NCBI GenBank assembly: GCA_963827655.1
Contig: CAWHCF010000022.1
Coordinates: forward strand, 256,001 to 320,000
DNA: 64,000 nucleotides
Direction of reading: 5' to 3'
DNA from: an uncultured Acidobacteriota bacterium
GTDB lineage: Bacteria; Acidobacteriota; UBA6911
Shown: piece by piece, positions 44,498-54,932 of the stretch
How the letters are laid out: the number at the start of each line of letters is the position of its first letter
Position numbering within the stretch: the stretch's first letter is position 1
The notes under the pieces: generated by a model
Database searches by the model: none
What the model was told of the DNA's origin: nothing
The model's input: the letters and a program-made list of their open reading frames with translations, nothing else
Translations under genes and position numbers: made by a program

Positions 44498-44962
44498 GTG
44501 AATTCCGGAGTGATTGAAAAAAAGGTCCTTATCGACGCGCCTCCCGCGATTGTCTACCAGGCGTTGACGGGGGCGAAGGACTTGACTCGATGGTTCTGCG
44601 ACCGCGCGAGCAGCGAGCCTCGCGTGGGAGGCGAGCTGAAGGCCTACTGGAAAACCGGCCGCACCGGCCAGAAGGGGCGCGCCGTGTTCACGCAAATCGT
44701 TCCGGAAACTCTGGTCGAACTCCTCTGGGTAGACGACATCCAGGAAGCAAACAACCACGAAGCGCGACACTTGCTCACATACCAGATTCAAGCCAAGCGC
44801 AGCGGCAGCGAAGTCGTTGTCTGCGACAAGGATCACCCCCCGCCGGATGATGAGACCTTCGCCGTCCTCAGCGAGGGGTGGAATGGCATCCTGCTGGAAC
44901 TCAAGGAATATTGTGAGCGCAAGGCGCGGTCCATGAAACGTAAGCCTGTATCCTATGAATAG
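44498..44962 (+). CDS. SRPBCC / AHSA1-START domain protein
   Basis: IDAPPAIVYQALT..LTRWF...RVGG...GWNGIL.ELKEY. Confidence 0.8.
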   Translation: MNSGVIEKKVLIDAPPAIVYQALTGAKDLTRWFCDRASSEPRVGGELKAYWKTGRTGQKGRAVFTQIVPETLVELLWVDDIQEANNHEARHLLTYQIQAKRSGSEVVVCDKDHPPPDDETFAVLSEGWNGILLELKEYCERKARSMKRKPVSYE

Positions 44963-45816
44963 ACACGGACTTCTTTTGACATTATCGCCTTGCCGTCTCG
45001 CGCTATGCCTGGCCGCAATCGGGGTGTTCTCCAGCCCGGGACTGGCCGCCAAGCTGGAGCCCGCAGCGGTGAAGGCATGGGACCAGTATCTGAAATGGGC
45101 GGACCAGAAGGTAGAACGGGAGCTGTCCGACCCGAACGGCTTTCTGATTCAGAATTACCTTTCTCCGCAAGACAAGGCGACGGTGCAACGCCAGCTTGCG
45201 GCCGGCGAAACCGTGGTCCGGCGCTATGCAGGGCGTCGTTCCATCCGGAACAAAATTCGAAGTCCCGGACGGCGCCATCCACCACTGGTGGGGCAGCATC
45301 ATCGTCCCGAACATCGCACTGGCTGATCTGCTCACATTTCTCAAAGATTACGACCACCATGCCGGACGATTTGCCGAAGTGGTGCAGTCGCGGCTGCTCT
45401 CCAAAGAAGGCGAGAAGTACAAGTTCTTTTTCAGGCTCAAGCGGTCCAAGTCGGTGGTTACGGTTCACTACAACACCGAACAGGAATGCCTGTATCGCCT
45501 CCATGACCCGAAAAGAGCTTCGAGCCGAAGCATCGCCACCAAAATCGCCGAGATAGAAGATGCGGGAACACCGAACGAACTAGAGTTGTCCTCGAACGAC
45601 GATCGCGGATTTCTGTGGCGGCTGGTAACCTGGTGGCGATTCAAGCAGGTGGATAATGGAGTAATCATGGAATGCGAATCGGCCAGCTTGAGCCGCAGCA
45701 TTCCCGGGATCGTCAACTTTATCCCCGGCCTCCGAGGCTATCTGGAGTCGGTTCCCTACGAATCCTTGCAAAACACTCTCATGCCGATACGAAAATTCGC
45801 CAAACCATCCCAGTAG
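44955..45816 (+). CDS. Exported hypothetical protein; frameshift near 45215
   Basis: Signal peptide; VPDGAIHHW...DRGFLWRL...ECESASLSRSIP across two ORFs. Confidence 0.65.
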
Positions 45817-45897
45817 GGCCCTGGCGCTCACCGCCAAGACGCAAAGACGCGAGAATCATGAAGAATTGCGATAGAATATCCAATATTTGAGGCCACC

Positions 45898-47206
45898 ATG
45901 CTGGAACGAAGGGCATTTCTCGGCTCGCTCCTGGGAGCGGCCTCGCTTCGACCTGATCGACTCGCTGGCCGCCGATCGCGACCTCCCGGCGCTAAGCGCG
46001 CTCTCAGCGTTGGGAGCGGGTACCCCCGGAGATGAGAAATTCTGGGCCAAAATTCACGATCTTTTCTACTTACCCGGCAACGTCCTGTACTTGAACAACG
46101 GCAGCCTGGGTCTTTCTCACAGGGCTGTGGTCGAGGCTATGTACCGCCACCTGCTGGAGTCTGAAAGCGCCGCGACGCGCAAATATGGCGAGTATCCGTG
46201 GTGGGGTTACGGGCCGGCCCTCGAGATCCGGCAGAAGGTTGCATCCTTTATAGGAGCGGACCCTGAGGAAATTGCCTTGACGCGAAACGCCACGGAAGGA
46301 ATGAACACGGTCGCCACCGGCCTCGACTTGAATCCTGGCGACGAGGTCCTCATGACCGACGAGGAACATCCTGGAGGAAGGTCGGCCTGGTTCCAGAGGG
46401 CCAAGCGCTACGGAATCGTGGTCAAGGAGTTCGAGATCCCCCGGCCCCCCAGGAGTCCCGGCGACATCTTGAATCGACTGGAGGATGCGATTACCCCGCG
46501 CACGCGCGTCATCAGCCTGAGCCATATCACGACGGTGACCGGCGGAATGCTGCCGGTGAAGGAGATCTCGACCCTGGCGCGTCAGAGAAACATTATTTCG
46601 CTGATTGACGGGGCCCACGCGATCGGACAGGTCCCGCTCGACATGCACGACCTCGGTTGCGACTACTATGCCAGCAGCCCACATAAATGGCTCTATGCTC
46701 CGAAGGGGACAGGAATTCTCTATTGCCGGAAAGGGATGGCTGAACGTCTGTGGTGCCACACGGCGAGCGGAACCTGGGACAAGCCTGAACTGGGATGTGA
46801 ACGCCTCTCGAACATCGGGACCTCCAACTACACCCTGCTGGTTGGACTGACCGCAGCCATGGAGTTCCAGGAGCGGCTGGGAAAAGAACTGATTGCCAGG
46901 CGCGGACGGCATCTGAACACCTATCTTCGAGATCTCTTGAAAGGAATCGATGGAACCTGGTTCGCGAACGGGCCGCCGCCGGATCTTTCAACGGCGATGG
47001 TCAAGGTCGCGCTGCCGGCAAAAAAGCTGGGAGACTTTCCCAATCGCATGTGGGAAAAGCACAAGATCTGGTTGGCCACCGCGGAGGCGGGAGACAAGCT
47101 CACGGCCAGTATCCGTTTTTCACTCCCGATCTACACCCGAGCGCCGGACCTGGACCGTGCCGTCGACCGCATAGCCGGGGAGTTGTCACACCTTGGAGTG
47201 CGGTAG
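45898..47206 (+). CDS. Tat-exported class V PLP-dependent aminotransferase (isopenicillin N epimerase-like); frameshift after the signal peptide
   Basis: ATG 45898 gives MLERRAFLGSLLGAA; YLNNGSLG, RNATEG, DGAH, SPHKW. Confidence 0.85.
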
Positions 47207-47247
47207 CCTTAATCTGGCGAATTCTTAGAGCACTGCGGAGGTCAGCT

Positions 47248-47697
47248 ATCAAATTCGAACGAATTCTTTTTCCGACCGACTTCAGTGAGTCTTCCCTCGA
47301 GGCTCTCCCTTACGGAGTCGAGCTCGCCGGTTTGTTCAACGCGGAGCTCCTGATCCTGCACGTCGTACCGGCGCTCCCTCCCATGCCTTCCGATGCTCAG
47401 TACACGAGCGACATCGCCAAGCTCGCCTCCAAACTCCGCGCCGACGCGGAAGCAAAACTTCATGAGTCACTGCAGGGAAAAATTCCAAGCGAACTGAAAA
47501 GCCGCCGCATTCTGGTTCGGGGCCACGCAGCCGATTGTATCCTGCGCGCGATCGAGGAGCATCAGGCCGACCTGGTCGTCATTAGCACTCATGGCCTCAC
47601 AGGGTGGCGCCACGTGCTAATGGGTTCGGTTGCAGAGAAAGTAGTGCGAATGTCTCCGGTTCCCGTTCTCAGCGTTCGCGCAAAGGCGACGTCTTGA
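47248..47697 (+). CDS. Universal stress protein
   Basis: RILFPTDFS...ADLVVISTHG...MGSVAEKVVRMSPVPVL; start codon unclear (ATC after GGAGG). Confidence 0.88.
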   Translation: MKFERILFPTDFSESSLEALPYGVELAGLFNAELLILHVVPALPPMPSDAQYTSDIAKLASKLRADAEAKLHESLQGKIPSELKSRRILVRGHAADCILRAIEEHQADLVVISTHGLTGWRHVLMGSVAEKVVRMSPVPVLSVRAKATS

Positions 47698-47731
47698 CCG
47701 CGAGGACGCCTCTGCGCACAGGGTCGAAGCT

Positions 47732-48749
47732 CTAGTCGATCTGATAGACGCGATTGATCGCCTGAACCGATTCTCTTCTAACCGCTCCTTTGGCGGCTAA
47801 GGTCTGCGGATCGCGCCAAAAGTCGAAGGTTGCCACTTGATGGACGCAGGCAATGGTGCAGTATGGAGCGCACGCTTTCTTGGTGAGATATTCCCTTCGG
47901 ATGTCACCGGTAGTGTAGTTTGCGAGCGGGATTCCGGGATAGCCTCGCTGCTGTGAGCAGTAATGCACCAGGCCGTCCTCACAGATATAGAGGTAGCGAG
48001 CGCCCGCCCGGCAGCGCCAGTTGTTGGGCTTCCCATCCGCCAGGTTGTCCTGGAAGTAGTTAACCCGGGTATAACCGCTCTTACCCAGGTGCTTCATCTT
48101 GACATAGACTTCGCGCTCCAGGCCCTTGAGCGGCTTCAATGTTCCTAAACCGTCATGGATGATTCCGAGCGAGCTCGAAAATCCCAGCTCGACTGCGCGC
48201 CGCCCAACCGTGAGCGCATCTTCGGGTGTCTTGATTCCTCCGCCAATCACCGAATTTATGTTTACTTTGAAGTCTGCCAGTTCCGAAAGCCACACGAGTT
48301 TCTTGTCGAGAACCTTGAGACTCTTTTTGGAAACATCATCGGGATTGACGTTATCGATGCTCAGTTGAAGGTATTCCAGCCCTGCCTGGTTCAGCTTCTG
48401 GATTTTTTCGCGCGTGAGGAGATAGCCGTTCGTGATAAGAGCTGCCACCATTCCTCGATGCCGTATGCGCGCGATAATCTGTCTCGATTTCAGGATGCAT
48501 CAAGGGTTCGCCGCCACTTACGATAATGGCGGTCGTGCCGAGATCCGCCAGCCTGTCCAGGCGCTGGAACATCAGCTCCGTGGGAACCGGGTCGGAGAAG
48601 TCGTCATACTCATTGCAGTAGGTACACGAGAGGTTGCACCTGCGTATCGGAATAATGTGGGCGAGGACTGGATGGTCTGTCGACAACAGTCCCTTGGCGA
48701 CGAGCTTGAACTCACGATAGAAGAACCTAAGCTTCGTTATGGTCTTCAT
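47732..48749 (-). CDS. Radical SAM protein; frameshift near 48470
   Basis: [18 protein letters not shown]-terminal Cys cluster. Confidence 0.88.
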
Positions 48750-48879
48750 GGAACACGTCCTCACGAAGAGAAGACTAAAAGCCTTCACGATCTCTCGCGG
48801 GTTTCGTATGTTAGCACAATCTCCGGTTGCAGTCGCACAGAATCTCTGCGGCTGAAAATAGGAGCAAAAGCTTTGACCG

Positions 48880-49377
48880 CTAGAGGTTATAGAACTTCAG
48901 GTCCTTCTGTTTGCGCAGTTTTGTAATGAAGACGATCTGGCCCGTGTGGTAGCTGAAATGCTCCACGACATGCAGGGCGGCCTGGAGCCCGGTGCGCTTG
49001 AAACCCTGAATGGTTCTCTCGATCAGAAGATCATCGTGAGTCAGTCGTCGCAGGACGGCGACGGCTTCTCGCACGGTGCTTTCCAGCTGGGACAGGGCTT
49101 CTGTTTTGGCCATACCCCCGCGAGCCGAGAACTCACGCGGGCGGTCGCGCCGGTCCGGAACTCCTCCCACGCCAGAGATAATCCACTGGCGAACGTTTCC
49201 GCTCAAGTGGAGCAGCAGATTTCCGACGCTGTTTTCGGTTTCGGAACCGCGCCACCAGGTATCGTCTTCGTCCAGGAGATCAACGCATTTCTTGATCTTC
49301 GGCAAAAAGTCCAGCTCAAGATGATCCGCGGTCTGTCTCAGGAAAGCCTGTGCGATCTGCCTGTCGTTCTCTTCCAT
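48880..49377 (-). CDS. DinB/DUF1572 family protein
   Basis: [13 protein letters not shown]...RDRPREF...HFSYHTGQI. Confidence 0.85.
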   Translation of the reverse strand: MEENDRQIAQAFLRQTADHLELDFLPKIKKCVDLLDEDDTWWRGSETENSVGNLLLHLSGNVRQWIISGVGGVPDRRDRPREFSARGGMAKTEALSQLESTVREAVAVLRRLTHDDLLIERTIQGFKRTGLQAALHVVEHFSYHTGQIVFITKLRKQKDLKFYNL

Positions 49378-49399
49378 GCTGAGCCTCCCGGTGAAATCG

Positions 49400-49516
49400 A
49401 AGGATTTAGGATCTAGGAATTCCAGAATCCCCTAGCTCCAGGGATTGGATTCCTGAATCCTAAATCCTAAATCCTAAATCCTGCTTGGCAATCGGCAATC
49501 TGGAATCCGCAATCGA
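49400..49516. repeat. Heptamer repeats (AATCCTA; GCAATCG)
   Basis: aatcctaaatcctaaatcctaaatcct; ggcaatcggcaatctggaatccgcaatcg. Confidence 0.75.
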
Positions 49517-49595
49517 TATGGTACTCTTTCATTATTGGCAGTGTACGACTGTTGGTAGTCAGGCTTCTCACGTTGTTCTTGAGGAGGACGATTCC

Positions 49596-50315
49596 ATGAA
49601 AAAAGCTCTGCTTCTCGCTTTAGCCTGCGCCACCACTCAAGTAAGTCTGGCAGATGACCAGAGTGCTGTTGGTGATCGGCTGGTGAAATCCGCCGTCGTG
49701 CTCCGGGAGATCGTGGACATTCCGGAGGGAATCCCCAAAGATCTGCTCGACAAATGCGCGTGCGTTGCAGTGATACCATCCATGAAAAAAGGAGGTTTTG
49801 TCTTCGGCGCAAACTACGGCAAAGGGGCTATCTCGTGCAGAACCAAAGCCGGCGAGGGGCCCTGGAGTCCGCCTTCGATGTTGCTCCTCACCGGCGGCAG
49901 CTTCGGCTTGCAGATCGGAGCGCAGGCCGTCGATCTTGTGTTCGTGGTCATGAATCTGAACGGCCTGGAGAGTCTCCTGGACAGCCAGTTCACTCTGGGA
50001 GGAGATGCTTCGGTAGCTGCCGGTCCTGTGGGACGAACCGCGGCGGCGGAGACGGACGCGTGGATGTCCGCGAAGATTCTGGCCTATTCCCGAAGCCGGG
50101 GTTTGTTCGCCGGCATGGTCGTTAAAGGTGGCGTCGTCCGGCCGGACAGGGACGCCAATCAGATTCTCTTCGGAAAGCCAGTCAGCCCGCGCGAGGTGTT
50201 GCTTCAAGGCAATCCTGAACCGGCCATGAGAGACGGCCAGATCTTCATTGATGAACTGAAGAAGATCAGTCCAGCGAAAGTGAAAACCCAGACCGCGGAG
50301 TCACAAAGACACTAG
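49596..50315 (+). CDS. Lipid-binding SYLF (Ysc84) domain protein
   Basis: GGSFGLQIGAQAVD, AAGPVGR, YSRSRGLFAG. Confidence 0.9.
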   Translation: MKKALLLALACATTQVSLADDQSAVGDRLVKSAVVLREIVDIPEGIPKDLLDKCACVAVIPSMKKGGFVFGANYGKGAISCRTKAGEGPWSPPSMLLLTGGSFGLQIGAQAVDLVFVVMNLNGLESLLDSQFTLGGDASVAAGPVGRTAAAETDAWMSAKILAYSRSRGLFAGMVVKGGVVRPDRDANQILFGKPVSPREVLLQGNPEPAMRDGQIFIDELKKISPAKVKTQTAESQRH

Positions 50316-50326
50316 GGCTGTTGTGG

Positions 50327-51052
50327 TTACCTGGGACGTGACTTATCGAGGAGAGGCTTGAGGACCTTCCAGACATTCTCGGCGACTATTTCGTAGCCCT
50401 CCGCCGTGGGATGAATTCCATCTTCTTGATTGAATCGACTGTCTCCGGCCACTCCTGCCAGCATGAAAGGGACCAGCGGAATATCGTGCTTTGCCGCGAG
50501 ATCCGGGTAAGCCGCGCTAAAAGCCTGCGTGTATTCCGCCCCGTAGTTCGGCGGCATCTGCATCCCGAGCAGAATCACCTTGGTCCCATCGCGTTTGAGC
50601 TGGGTGATAATGTTGTCAAGATTGCTTGACGTTGTGCTCACCGGTATCCCACGCAAACCGTCGTTGGCGCCCAGCGAGAGGATGACGACCACCGGATGGT
50701 AATTGCGCACTCCGGCGAGCCGGTTGAGCCCCTGCGCCGACGTGTCGCCGCTCACGCCCGCGTTGACGACACGATAGAGATAACCGGCGTCGTCTAACTT
50801 TCTCTGCAAGACGCTTGGATAATTGCGCGCCGGATCAACTCTCAATCCGGCTGTAAGACTGTCGCCTAACGCCACGATCGACGGACGCGTGTCTGACGAT
50901 TTGTCTGCCGGAAGCTCTTTCGAGGCGGCGGGCCGGCTTTCTTCAACGGGATCCGTTTTCTTGGGAACGGAACCGCAGTTCCAAAAGGAAGAGCCGGCCG
51001 AAACCAGGATCAGCCAACGAAGCAGAGCCGGCATGGAGTTTCGGTTCCTCAT
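50327..51052 (-). CDS. Arylesterase / GDSL (TesA-like) lipoprotein
   Basis: GDSLTAG, NAGVSGDTS, LGANDG, DGIHP. Confidence 0.92.
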   Translation of the reverse strand: MRNRNSMPALLRWLILVSAGSSFWNCGSVPKKTDPVEESRPAASKELPADKSSDTRPSIVALGDSLTAGLRVDPARNYPSVLQRKLDDAGYLYRVVNAGVSGDTSAQGLNRLAGVRNYHPVVVILSLGANDGLRGIPVSTTSSNLDNIITQLKRDGTKVILLGMQMPPNYGAEYTQAFSAAYPDLAAKHDIPLVPFMLAGVAGDSRFNQEDGIHPTAEGYEIVAENVWKVLKPLLDKSRPR

Positions 51053-51189
51053 ACATTCGAAATCTTAGCAAAAACTACCGACCGATCAGAAGCCAGAATC
51101 GCCCGCTGACTTGCTCGAAAAACCGTTCTTTGCGCCGTCGCGTCTTGGTGGTAAGTATGTGGAGATGACATCCACGAAGATTCGCAGCG

Positions 51190-51843
51190 ATGCGGCATAA
51201 AACAACAATCGTTCTACTTGGACCGCCGGCAAGCGGAAAAGGGACTCAGGCTCAGAAGATTGCGAAATTTCTGGGAGGACATCACTTGTCGACCGGTTAT
51301 TACCTGCGCCAGGCCGTTGCCGCCCGGACACCGCTGGGCATTGAAGCTCAGCGCTATGTCGATGCGGGCGAGCTGGTTCCCGACAGCCTGGTGTTTGCTC
51401 TGCTGCGCGACACTCTGCTCAACCACCATTCATCGCCGGTCATTCTCGACGGTTTTCCCCGCGCGCTATCCCAGGCTCAGGCGCTCGATACTTTCCGGCC
51501 TCCCGACGCGGTCTTGTATATCGAACTCGACTCGAAACACGTGCTCGAGCGCATTACGGGACGTCGTATCGGGCCTCACGGCGAGCCTTACCACATCGTG
51601 CACAATCCTCCTCCGCCCGGCATTGAAGTTACGCAGCGAAGCGATGATCGAGAGGAGGTGGCGCGTGAAAGACTGGAAGTCTATTATCGGCAGACTGAGC
51701 CCCTGCTAAGCTACTACGCAGAGAAAAGAATTCTGTGGCGCGTTCCGGGCGAGGGGTCCATCGACGAGGTCTTCGCCCGGATGGTTCCGGTGCTGGAAGC
51801 GGTCGTCAGAGGTCAGAGATCAGGGACCCGGTCCGTCAATTAA
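51190..51843 (+). CDS. adk: Adenylate kinase (short LID without Zn ligands)
   Basis: GPPASGKGTQA, ILDGFPR, QRSDD. Confidence 0.9.
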   Translation: MRHKTTIVLLGPPASGKGTQAQKIAKFLGGHHLSTGYYLRQAVAARTPLGIEAQRYVDAGELVPDSLVFALLRDTLLNHHSSPVILDGFPRALSQAQALDTFRPPDAVLYIELDSKHVLERITGRRIGPHGEPYHIVHNPPPPGIEVTQRSDDREEVARERLEVYYRQTEPLLSYYAEKRILWRVPGEGSIDEVFARMVPVLEAVVRGQRSGTRSVN

Positions 51844-51852
51844 CCGTTCTGT

Positions 51853-52305
51853 CTACTGCTTCTTCGGCTCCTGAGAAATGCGAGGATCGGTGGGGACTAC
51901 TTCGAGCGGCTCCACCGGCGCCTGGCAGCATTGGCAGTCTCCCGGACTGAACGCGACAATATTTCAGGTATCGCAGAAGTAGATCAGACGGTAGAGCGAG
52001 CCGGAACGGACGACGAAGAATTTGTGGACATCAAAAACGCCGCCCTCCTTGAACTTGCCTTCCAGCTTTACTTCGCGGCCTGATAGGCGCGGATCAGAGA
52101 GGGTCGCCGCGAGATTAGTGTCACTACTCGTGAGAGGAACGGGCTTTTCCTTGGTCTGAAGTATGGGTCCCTTTCCTCCTTCAACGACGAGCTTCCCCTG
52201 AATGGTGGTGTCATCGAAAGCATGAACCCGATCGCGACCAACGAAAATGACCACAGCGTATGCCATCGTCGCGAGCAACAAGATCGTGAAACGCCGGCGA
52301 ATCAT
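51853..52305 (-). CDS. Putative selenoprotein: exported protein with C-terminal CxxU...PGxCxCC metal-binding-like domain (TGA at 51964-51966 read as Sec)
   Basis: In-frame read-through gives YFCDT-U-NIVAFSPGDCQCCQAPVEPLEVVPTDPRISQEPKKQ then TAG; hairpin directly downstream of the UGA. Confidence 0.75.
51930..51963 (-). promoter_or_regulatory. Candidate bacterial SECIS element
   Basis: mRNA after UGA: AAUAUUGUCGCGUU-CAGUC-CGGGA-GACUG-CCAAUG. The upper 5-bp stem has a G-rich loop starting 19 nt after the UGA; lower stem UAUUG/CAAUG. Confidence 0.62.
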
Positions 52306-52595
52306 GCAAATACTATATCATTTTCGATCAGACCTTTGGGCCGCTTTTTCATTCTCAGCATCCTTCGCATCTCAGCATCACTAACAGGTTTCGCGAGCAA
52401 TGACCGATGCCTTTCGCCAGGCGGCTGGTTCAGAGAAAGTGAAACGTTTTCGATACGATTTTCATTATATGACAGCTGGAAAACCGCCCCGCGACACCAG
52501 CAAAATTCGAGGCGTGGCGAGGCATTCATGGTGCGCCGTTGAAAATTCTGCGGCGTACAGGAGATTTCTAACAACACTTGCAATGAGAGGTAACG

Positions 52596-53333
52596 ATGAT
52601 GGCTGCGACCGTAAAAGATCTGCAACTATTGAAACCCTTGCGCAAAGGGGACAAGCAGGGCCAGGTCAAGCTCGTGCAGGAATGGCTCTGCCTGAACGGC
52701 CACCACGTCGCCGTCGACGGCGATTTCGGGCCGGCGTCGGAGTCGGCGGTCAAGGATTTTCAGAAAAAGGGCGGCAGTAATGCTCCGACCGGTGTCGTCG
52801 ATAACGCAACGTTCGAACGGCTGGTGGCGCCCATGAAGGCGGTCCTGGTCCCCATCCCCGGCGGCGGACGTTCTCTGGGCGACATGGTGGTGGCTTATGC
52901 CCAGCAACACCTTGCGCAACATCCCCTCGAGATCGGCGGCCAAAACAAGGGGCCGTGGGTGCGCCTCTACATGGACGGCAACGAGGGAACACCGTGGGCG
53001 TGGTGCGCCGGCTTCGCCTGTTTCTGCCTGAAGCAGGCGTGCGAGACTCTGGGGCAGCCGCTGCCGATCGCGACCTCGTTCTCGTGCGATTCCCTGGCCT
53101 CGTCCGCCAAGGGCAAGAGCAGGTTTGGGGACAAGTCGAAAGCCCGGCCGGGCAGCTTCTTCCTGGTCCGGAATACGCCCACCGACTGGATCCATACCGG
53201 CATAGTTGTCAGCGCCGCCGCCGAGACGTGCCGGACGATCGAGGGCAACACCAACGACGACGGCAGCCGTGAGGGCTACGAAGTCTGCGCGCGCACGCGA
53301 GGTTTCGGAAGTCTGGACTTCGTCCAGATCTAG
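52596..53333 (+). CDS. Peptidoglycan-binding domain + CHAP-type amidase
   Basis: VDGDFGPASESAVKDFQ; WCAGF; HTGIV..TIEGNT. Confidence 0.85.
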   Translation: MMAATVKDLQLLKPLRKGDKQGQVKLVQEWLCLNGHHVAVDGDFGPASESAVKDFQKKGGSNAPTGVVDNATFERLVAPMKAVLVPIPGGGRSLGDMVVAYAQQHLAQHPLEIGGQNKGPWVRLYMDGNEGTPWAWCAGFACFCLKQACETLGQPLPIATSFSCDSLASSAKGKSRFGDKSKARPGSFFLVRNTPTDWIHTGIVVSAAAETCRTIEGNTNDDGSREGYEVCARTRGFGSLDFVQI

Positions 53334-53414
53334 TGCCACGCTACACTTGTGTTGCAACTTAGTTGGTTGGTTCATAATTGCGTTGACGTATGCGCAGAGC
53401 GGTAAGCTGTGTTG

Positions 53415-53512
53415 TCGCCTAGGGCCGAAGGCCCGTCAGTAAGTAGCCCCGCCCGTCAGGGCGGGGTTCATGATGCGCCGACACGAGGTCCGAAGGACCG
53501 GCACTCCGGCCT
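53415..53512. repeat. REP-like hairpin cluster
   Basis: gggccgaaggccc, agccccgcccgtcagggcggggt, ggtccgaaggacc. Confidence 0.6.
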
Positions 53513-53770
53513 GCGTCGCACGTTCAGCGATCATGGTTAGTAAGACGTCAGATTTCGGCCAACCGCAGGCATCCGGTCAGGCCGTGCAGACCCGTCACTG
53601 CAAGATACATCACGTAATCGCGAACAGGTCGGCCTCAGCGCAGCTTCTTCGCCTGCGCTTGATACACGCAGTGAACCGCGAGGAGGGCGCCTCGCCCGGT
53701 TGCGACATCGCAGACCGCGCGGCGGCCCTCCCGGACCGAAATGCACAAGACTTCGAAGAAGGCGGGTTCA

Positions 53771-54199
53771 GTGCGATTCCTGGTCAGCCTCTTGATCGCG
53801 ACCCTCATCGACCTCGGGAGCCCTGGTTTCGCGGTGCAGCAGCCCCACACCCCGAAACCGGGGAGCTCCGAACGGAAGCAGATCACCGAGGCGCTCCGCT
53901 CGGTCGTGGAAAAGGAGCTCAAGAAGCCGGTGGTGTTCCGGATTGACGCACTGAACGTGCAGAACGAATGGGCCTTTCTCCGGGGCGCTCCGCTGCAAAA
54001 ATCCGGGAAACCGATGGACTACCGCGGAACCCGTTACCAGAAATTGATCGACGCCGGCACGTTCGATGATTGGATCTGCTCGTTATTGCGCAAGGAAGCA
54101 AAACAATGGCGGGTGGTAGACCATGTCATCGGCGCCACCGACGTACCGTTCGCCGATTGGGCGGAGCGCTATCACGCGCCGGCGGCCATCTTCAAATAG
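53771..54199 (+). CDS. Exported hypothetical protein
   Basis: Signal peptide; TPKPGSSERKQI...IGATDV. Confidence 0.65.
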   Translation: MRFLVSLLIATLIDLGSPGFAVQQPHTPKPGSSERKQITEALRSVVEKELKKPVVFRIDALNVQNEWAFLRGAPLQKSGKPMDYRGTRYQKLIDAGTFDDWICSLLRKEAKQWRVVDHVIGATDVPFADWAERYHAPAAIFK

Positions 54200-54303
54200 T
54201 CTAGTTAGACAGCTCTAACCACAAAGACACGAAGACACCGAAAGAAACATTCTGAGTAGTGTTTCTTGAAGTCTTGTGTTACGGGGTTAACTAGGAGGGA
54301 GCC

Positions 54304-54932
54304 GTGAGCGGACACCATCACCACGACGATGACGACCATACCGAACCGCCTTCCGATCTTGTGTTGCGCGTCAAGGCGCTCGAATCGCTGCTGATCGAGA
54401 AGGGGCTGGTCGAACCGGCGGCGATCGACGAACTCATCGACGTTTATGAAACCAAGGTTGGTCCCCGCAATGGCGCCAGAGTCGTCGCGCGCGCGTGGAC
54501 CGATCCCGCCTTCAAGAAATGGCTGATCGAGGACGCGTCCGCCGCCATCGCCTCGTTGGGCTACACCGGCCGGCAGGGTGAACCATGCGAGTGGTAGAGA
54601 ACACGCCGAGGGTCCACAACCTGGTGGTCTGTACCCTGTGTTCCTGCTATCCATGGCCGGTGCTGGGGCTGCCGCCGGTCTGGTACAAATCGGCGCCGTA
54701 CCGCGCCCGCGCCGTGGCCGACCCGCGCGGTGTTTTGAAAGAATTCGGCACGGAACTGTCCGAGGACGTCGAAATCCGCGTCTGGGATTCGACCTCGGAA
54801 ATGCGGTATCTCGTGCTGCCGGAACGTCCCGAGGAGACCGGGGACTTGAGCGAGGAGGAACTCGCCCAACTCGTGACTCGCAACGCCATGATCGGCGTGG
54901 AAAAGGTAAAGTCATCCGGGAGGAGCCGATGA
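54304..54932 (+). CDS. nthA: Cobalt-type nitrile hydratase alpha subunit; frameshift near 54580
   Basis: [10 protein letters not shown] metal-binding motif, GARVVARAW, His-rich N-terminus. Confidence 0.93.

Noticed and set aside
52310-52590. Riboswitch or ncRNA between the selenoprotein candidate and the CHAP gene
   Set aside because: It is an AT-richer divergent promoter region with weak hairpins; I recognise no RNA family motif.
52596-53333. Prophage endolysin
   Set aside because: No holin, structural or integrase genes nearby; more likely a stand-alone cell-wall hydrolase.
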